Below are positions 59,737-64,000 of a stretch of DNA of 64,000 nt, piece after piece; the first letter of the stretch is position 1, and the number at the start of each line of letters is the position of its first letter. A program made the position numbers and the translations under genes. The notes under the pieces are model-generated. The model was not told where the DNA came from. It ran no database searches and was given only the letters and a program-made list of their open reading frames with translations. This DNA comes from an uncultured Elusimicrobia bacterium (GTDB taxonomy: Bacteria > Elusimicrobiota > Elusimicrobia > Elusimicrobiales > UBA9959): positions 9,761-73,760 of the forward strand of contig CAIXBR010000025.1 of assembly GCA_903917735.1 (NCBI GenBank), read 5' to 3'.

Positions 59737-60865
59737 AATCTAATATCGCCGCCCCCGGATAATAGTGGCGCAGTATCCTCTTGTAGGGGCGGCCCCGGTT
59801 AGCCATTTCCCTGGCGCCATCCTGGCACATGCCCACGCCGTGTCCCCAGCCGCGCCCGGCGAACTCATAGCCGCCCTTTACCGGGCTTATGCGCGTTATG
59901 AGGGTGCTGCGGAATTCATAGCTTCCGAAACGCTTCCTGATATCCGAGGTCTTCACGTTGATAGAGCCGGAGTCAGTAGTAAACTTTATAGAAACGGGCC
60001 TGCCCGAACGGTCCTTCTGATACACGCTGACGGACCTCAGTTTCAAGCCGGTGGAGCCCTGCGACTGGGCGAATTTCAGCAGGTCCTGGGCCGACACGTA
60101 CATTTCCCATTGGAAGTGCTTGGAAGACTTGCAGAAAGGGTCCACTACGCCGTATAGGGGTTTTATCACGTCCTCTCCCCAGGCCGAATTCACGCTAGCC
60201 GTGTGGCCGCCGCAGCAGGCGTGGAAGAAAGCCGTGATCAGTTTCCCCTTATATTTCAGCACCTCGCCGCGGGTGGAATTGACCGCCTCTATTATCCGGG
60301 AATTTATCTTATTGGTCCCGTTGTAAACCTGCATCTCTACCCCGTTCGTCACGTCGTAATCGTGAGAGGGGTCGATGAACTTCAGCGCGTAGGTGCGGGA
60401 AGCCACGGCCTGCGCCTTCAGTGCCTCCAGCGGCCAGTCGGCGCTCATCTCGTCCGGCAGCACGCCGTAAAGATATTCCTCTACGGTGAGATACTCTATT
60501 ATATCCAGCTTTCTCTCGGGGGTAGCCCTTATAAGGATGTCGCCCTTGTAAAGATTCCCGCTAAGGCGGATGCGTTCAGCCCCATCGGCTGCCAGGAGTT
60601 TTATAGGGGAGGACAGCTCCTGTTTGCCCACCAGCAGGCCGGCGCCGCCCGCGCGCACATCGTAGGAGGAGTTTTCCAGCAGCAGATATTTCTGGCCGCT
60701 ATGCACTTCCAGCACATAGATGTGCGCCGAGGTTTTAAGCTTGAGGGACGGGGAACTCCGGGAGATGGCCACCCTGATGCGCGGGGCGTCCTCAATGACC
60801 CCGTCGGCGCAGCGCCCGGGCGCGGCGCAGGGGAAAAGCAGGAGCAGAGCGAAGAGGCGTTTCAT
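59729..60865 (-). CDS. SpoIID/LytB domain protein (peptidoglycan remodelling)
   Basis: Signal peptide. EEYLYGVLPDEMSADWPLEALKAQAVASRTYAL, AFFHACCGGHT and GHGVGMCQDGA are classic SpoIID-domain motifs. Confidence 0.85.
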   Translation of the reverse strand: MKRLFALLLLFPCAAPGRCADGVIEDAPRIRVAISRSSPSLKLKTSAHIYVLEVHSGQKYLLLENSSYDVRAGGAGLLVGKQELSSPIKLLAADGAERIRLSGNLYKGDILIRATPERKLDIIEYLTVEEYLYGVLPDEMSADWPLEALKAQAVASRTYALKFIDPSHDYDVTNGVEMQVYNGTNKINSRIIEAVNSTRGEVLKYKGKLITAFFHACCGGHTASVNSAWGEDVIKPLYGVVDPFCKSSKHFQWEMYVSAQDLLKFAQSQGSTGLKLRSVSVYQKDRSGRPVSIKFTTDSGSINVKTSDIRKRFGSYEFRSTLITRISPVKGGYEFAGRGWGHGVGMCQDGAREMANRGRPYKRILRHYYPGAAILDYD

Positions 60866-60872
60866 CAGCGAT

Positions 60873-61898
60873 TCAAAGGAGTTCGTTCTGACGGGGGAGT
60901 TTTAAGCCCAGGTGCGCGGCGGCTTTCTGCGTTATCACGCGCCCCCGTGTGGTGCGCTGGATGAAGCCGCCCTGCATCAGGAAAGGTTCTATTACGTCGG
61001 TAAGCGTGTCGGTCTCTTCCGAGACCGCCACTGCCAGGGTCTCTATGCCTACGGGGCCGCCGCCGAATTTTTCAGCTATGGTCAGCAGGATGCGGCGGTC
61101 CAGGTTGTCGAGGCCCTCGGGATCTATCTCCAGCGAGGTCATCGCGGCTTCGGTCACGTCGACAGTTATCACGCCGTTGGCCCTGACGTCCGCGAAATCG
61201 CGTACGCGCTTCAGCAGGCGGTTGGCTATGCGCGGGGTTCCGCGTGCGCGCCTGGCTATCAGCGCGAGGGCGGGCTTTTCCGCCCGCGTGCCGAGTATGC
61301 CGGCCGAGCGTACGAGTATCTGCGTTATCTCTTCCTCACCGTAGAAGCCGAGGTTGAAAACTATACCGAACCTGTCCCTGAGCGGGCCGGTAAGCAGGCC
61401 GCTGCGGGTGGTGGCGCCGACCAGCGTGAAGCGCGGCACGGCCAGCTTGAGCGTGGTGGCGCCCGGCCCCTGCCCTGTGTTAATGAAGAAGAGGAAATCT
61501 TCCATCACCGGGTAAAGGGCCTCTTCCACAGCGGCGTTAAGCCGGTGTATCTCGTCGATAAAAAGGATGTCGCCCTCCGACAGCTCCGTGGTAAGCATGG
61601 CCGCCAGGTCGCCCGGCTTAGAAAGGACCGGGCCGGAGGTCACTTTTATGTTAACACCCATTTCGCGGGCGAGTATATAGGAAAGCGTTGTCTTGCCGAG
61701 GCCGGGGGGGGAGTAAAAAAGGCAATGGTCCAGCGGCTCCTTTCTGCCGCGGGCGGCCTGTATGAAAACCTTCAGGTTTTCTTTCAGTTTGGCCTGGCCC
61801 ACGAACTCGTCCAGCGTGGTGGGGCGCAGGGCCGATTCCAAGCGGGCGCTGTCGCCGGCTGCGGGACGGGCGGAAAGTATATCTTCGTTCTTTGGCAT
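60873..61898 (-). CDS. ruvB: Holliday junction branch migration helicase RuvB
   Basis: [11 protein letters not shown], Walker [11 protein letters not shown], Walker [10 protein letters not shown], and [18 protein letters not shown]. Confidence 0.95.
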   Translation of the reverse strand: MPKNEDILSARPAAGDSARLESALRPTTLDEFVGQAKLKENLKVFIQAARGRKEPLDHCLFYSPPGLGKTTLSYILAREMGVNIKVTSGPVLSKPGDLAAMLTTELSEGDILFIDEIHRLNAAVEEALYPVMEDFLFFINTGQGPGATTLKLAVPRFTLVGATTRSGLLTGPLRDRFGIVFNLGFYGEEEITQILVRSAGILGTRAEKPALALIARRARGTPRIANRLLKRVRDFADVRANGVITVDVTEAAMTSLEIDPEGLDNLDRRILLTIAEKFGGGPVGIETLAVAVSEETDTLTDVIEPFLMQGGFIQRTTRGRVITQKAAAHLGLKLPRQNELL

Positions 61899-61904
61899 TG
61901 TCGT

Positions 61905-62513
61905 TTACTTGGGAGACAGGCGGCGCAGGGCCAGCCTTATTATGGTTTCCGTGTTCGCGGAGGGGCCGGCTTCGGCCGCCGCCTCCTCAAGGGCCGCCCT
62001 TGCCTCTCCCGACCGGAATCCCAGGGCGACAAGAGCTGTAAGGGCCTGCGTGTATACCCCCGAGGCCGCGCTGAATCCCGCCGCCGAGGCCGCGCCGGCC
62101 GCCGGCAGTTTGTCTTTCAATGCCGAGATGAGCTTGTCCGCGGTCTTGGCAGTGAAACCGAAGATGGCGGTGAGCCGCCTGGCGTCCTTCGCCGCCACCG
62201 CGCTGATGAAATCCGGCATGGACTTCATGGCCTTGCCGAGGTAGTCCATGGCTTTTTTCGCCCCCGTGTTCGGCACGGCGTCGCGCAGCAGGTCGAACAG
62301 GCGCTTTTCCTCCTGTGAGCGGAACCCGTAAAGAGCGGTGCCGCCGTACATGCTGATGGATTCGGCTATAAAAACTTCCACGGTGGCGCCTTCAGGCCCG
62401 AGCGCCTCCAGAGAAGGCCCGCTGAAAAAAACTTCATAGCCGAGGCCGATGGTCTCTATCACGGCGCTTTCCTCGTTACGCGCCACTATGCGGCCGCGCA
62501 GGTAGGCGATCAT
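61905..62513 (-). CDS. ruvA: Holliday junction DNA helicase RuvA
   Basis: Start at ATG 62513 (MIAYLRGRIV), which overlaps the ruvC stop (ATGA). HhH region LLRDAVPNTGAKKAMDYL and a C-terminal domain III. Confidence 0.9.
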   Translation of the reverse strand: MIAYLRGRIVARNEESAVIETIGLGYEVFFSGPSLEALGPEGATVEVFIAESISMYGGTALYGFRSQEEKRLFDLLRDAVPNTGAKKAMDYLGKAMKSMPDFISAVAAKDARRLTAIFGFTAKTADKLISALKDKLPAAGAASAAGFSAASGVYTQALTALVALGFRSGEARAALEEAAAEAGPSANTETIIRLALRRLSPK

Positions 62514-63028
62514 GCTATGCCCGCCTTTGTTTTGGCCGTTGCCACAGCCTTTGCGAAAGGGGCCAGGCGCAGGTGGCAAAGCGCGGCGGCCATGGCGTCC
62601 GCTACGTCGTCGGGTTCGGGGACCGAGGCGAGCTTGAGGATGATCTGGACCACCCGCTGCATCTGCTTCTTCTCGGCCGTGCCGCTGCCGGAGATGGTCT
62701 TTTTAATGGTTTTAGGATTATAGGCGCTTATGGGCAGGCCGCTCTTTTCGCAGGCCAGCAGGATAACGCCGCGCGCGTGCGTGGTATTGGCCTGGGTATC
62801 GGCTCTTTTGGAAAAAAAAACTTCTTCTATAGCCGCCTCCGCGGGCGCATGCGTTCTTATAACGGAGGAAAGCTCGTCGAAAATGGAGGCCAGGCGCTTC
62901 TCGAGAAGAGTGTTCTTGGGGGTGTGTATCAGGCCGGAAGCGGCAAGCACGGGGGGGGCGGAGCCGTCCTTATCAAGGACGGCCCAGCCGGTCCTGTCCA
63001 GCCCCGGGTCTATGCCGAGTATTCTCAT
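62510..63028 (-). CDS. ruvC: Crossover junction endodeoxyribonuclease RuvC
   Basis: MRILGIDPGLDRTGWAVLD, catalytic E in AIEEVFF, and the C-terminal DVADAMAAALCH. Confidence 0.92.
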   Translation of the reverse strand: MRILGIDPGLDRTGWAVLDKDGSAPPVLAASGLIHTPKNTLLEKRLASIFDELSSVIRTHAPAEAAIEEVFFSKRADTQANTTHARGVILLACEKSGLPISAYNPKTIKKTISGSGTAEKKQMQRVVQIILKLASVPEPDDVADAMAAALCHLRLAPFAKAVATAKTKAGIA

Positions 63029-63783
63029 TACTTTTCAAGTTTTTCCATCACCGAGTCGGGGATGTTGAAGTTGGAGTAGACCTTCTGCACGTCGTCGTGG
63101 TCTTCCAACTCGTCCATCAGGCTGAGGACCTGGGAGGCCTTGTCTTCGCCGATGTTTACCTCGTTCTTGGGCAGCATGGTGATTTCGGCGGAGGAGAGAG
63201 GGATCTTCTTCTCCTCGAGCTTGGTCTTCACGGCTTCGAAGTCCTTGGGTGAGGTTATTATTTCGTATTCGGAGGAATCCGGGACCGAACGGAAATCGTC
63301 GGCTCCGATCTCGAGCGCCAGGGTCATCAGTTCCTCTTCTTTGGCCTCTTCCCTGCTGACGGTGATATAGCCTTTTTGTTCGAACATCCAGGCCACGCTG
63401 TTGCTGGAACCCATGTTGCCGCCGTGCTGGTCCAGTATTTTGCGTATTTCGCTGGCGGCGCGGTTCTTGCTATCGGTGGTAACATTGATGATCACGGCTA
63501 TGCCGCCGGGACCGTAGGCTTCGTAAGTTATTTCTTCGTACATGACCCCGGGTTCCTGGCCGGTGCCGCGCCTTATCGCGCGCTTGACGTTCTCCAAAGG
63601 CATGTTGCTGTCTTTCGCGTCCTGTATGGCTGAACGCAGGCGTGGATTATCGTCGGGATTTCCGCCGCCGGCCTTTGCCGCGATGGCTATTTCCTTGATG
63701 ATCTTGGTCCAGACCTTGCCTCTTTTGGCGTCAGTTATGGCTTTCTTGTGTTTTATACCCGCCCAGTGAGAATGTCCGCCCAT
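63028..63783 (-). CDS. yebC: YebC/PmpR family DNA-binding transcriptional regulator
   Basis: MGGHSHWAGIKHKKAITDAKRGKVWTKIIKEI is the family N-terminus. 251 aa. The yebC-ruvC-ruvA-ruvB order is conserved. Confidence 0.93.
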   Translation of the reverse strand: MGGHSHWAGIKHKKAITDAKRGKVWTKIIKEIAIAAKAGGGNPDDNPRLRSAIQDAKDSNMPLENVKRAIRRGTGQEPGVMYEEITYEAYGPGGIAVIINVTTDSKNRAASEIRKILDQHGGNMGSSNSVAWMFEQKGYITVSREEAKEEELMTLALEIGADDFRSVPDSSEYEIITSPKDFEAVKTKLEEKKIPLSSAEITMLPKNEVNIGEDKASQVLSLMDELEDHDDVQKVYSNFNIPDSVMEKLEK

Positions 63784-63931
63784 GGTAAGACTCCTTGATC
63801 CGCTGAAGAAGTTGGCTTAAAATCTGGTCGCCTGACAGGCATAGCCCCTGACACGACACCGGCAAAGCCTTGCCGCAATTATGACTGCGGCTAAATAAAT
63901 TCTATAATAATATGAATAGTTTAACAACCCA

Positions 63932-64000
63932 GCCCTCTTAGCTCAACTGGATAGAGCAACTGCCTTCGAAGCAGCAGGTTAGAGGTTCGAGTCCTCTAGA
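63932..64000 (+). tRNA. trnR: tRNA-Arg (anticodon UCG), truncated by the window end
   Basis: Acceptor GCCCTCT, D-arm GCTC-AACTGGATA-GAGC, anticodon stem CTGC/GCAG with loop CT-TCG-AA, T-arm AGAGG-TTCGAGT-CCTCT. The 3' acceptor strand is cut after AGA. Confidence 0.85.

Noticed and set aside
60912-62318. 468-aa plus-strand ORF antisense to ruvB/ruvA (also 25058..26284 antisense to uvrA, 26218..27111 and 27259..27855 antisense to nadB, 17472..18527 antisense to pilB, and 21312..22250 antisense to the pseudopilins)
   Set aside because: All lie opposite strongly supported genes and show the same Arg/Gly/His-rich shadow-frame composition. None is treated as coding.
1-64000. CRISPR arrays, rRNA genes, integrases/transposases, toxin-antitoxin or restriction-modification systems
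   Set aside because: I scanned by eye for regularly spaced direct repeats and for hallmark protein motifs in the ORF track and found none. The only mobile elements detected are the group II intron and the MITE-like repeat.

Overview
This is a GC-rich chromosomal segment from a diderm (LPS-producing) bacterium. The phylum cannot be fixed from sequence alone. Many pseudopilins, Wzy_C-TPR fusions and FlgD-Ig/T9SS-CTD-like domains are reminiscent of Elusimicrobia or FCB-type candidate lineages, but that is inference only. Nearly all long ORFs fall into a few co-directional blocks. (1) 0.07-5.3 kb holds miscellaneous envelope genes (TPR protein, GT9, exporter, GNAT) and tRNA-Thr(CGU). (2) 5.3-23.3 kb is one 18-kb plus-strand type IVa-pilus-like supercluster: two tandem Wzy_C(O-antigen-ligase)-TPR proteins, a composite OmpA/FlgD-Ig/Lys-Ala-rich protein, a PilM-PilN fusion, PilO, a PilP-like protein, PilQ, PilB, PilC, a Cys-rich pilin, three minor pseudopilins and a gluzincin-type peptidase. 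(3) 23.4-27.8 kb carries uvrA and nadB. (4) 27.9-31.7 kb is a five-gene translationally coupled operon (flippase-like protein, gamma-CA-like protein, REC, EndoIII-like protein, TPR protein). (5) 31.7-33.5 kb is a class-C-like group II intron that starts 6 nt after a terminator hairpin; its reverse transcriptase is broken by a nonsense codon plus a +1 frameshift 12 nt apart. A 139-bp MITE-like inverted-repeat element with an 8-bp direct duplication follows it. (6) 33.8-48.2 kb is a 17-gene minus-strand LPS super-operon (lptBAC, kdsD, kdsA, pyrG, kdsB, hldE-kinase, gmhB, lpxK, GT9s, deacetylase) with several uncharacterised small inserts. (7) 48.3-52.9 kb has a small FlgD-Ig/T9SS-CTD-like secreted protein and a 1324-aa phage-tail-fibre-like giant surface protein wedged between LPS core genes. 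I consider this the most novel module. (8) 52.9-63.8 kb carries waaA, secDF-yajC, tgt, queA, spoIID-like, ruvBAC and yebC, with a truncated tRNA-Arg(UCG) at the window end. I found no rRNA, no CRISPR array, no recognisable defence system and no complete prophage. Many long antisense shadow ORFs are GC artefacts. The ORF track translates GTG/TTG starts as M, so I moved several starts to internal ATGs with better N-termini or stop/start coupling.
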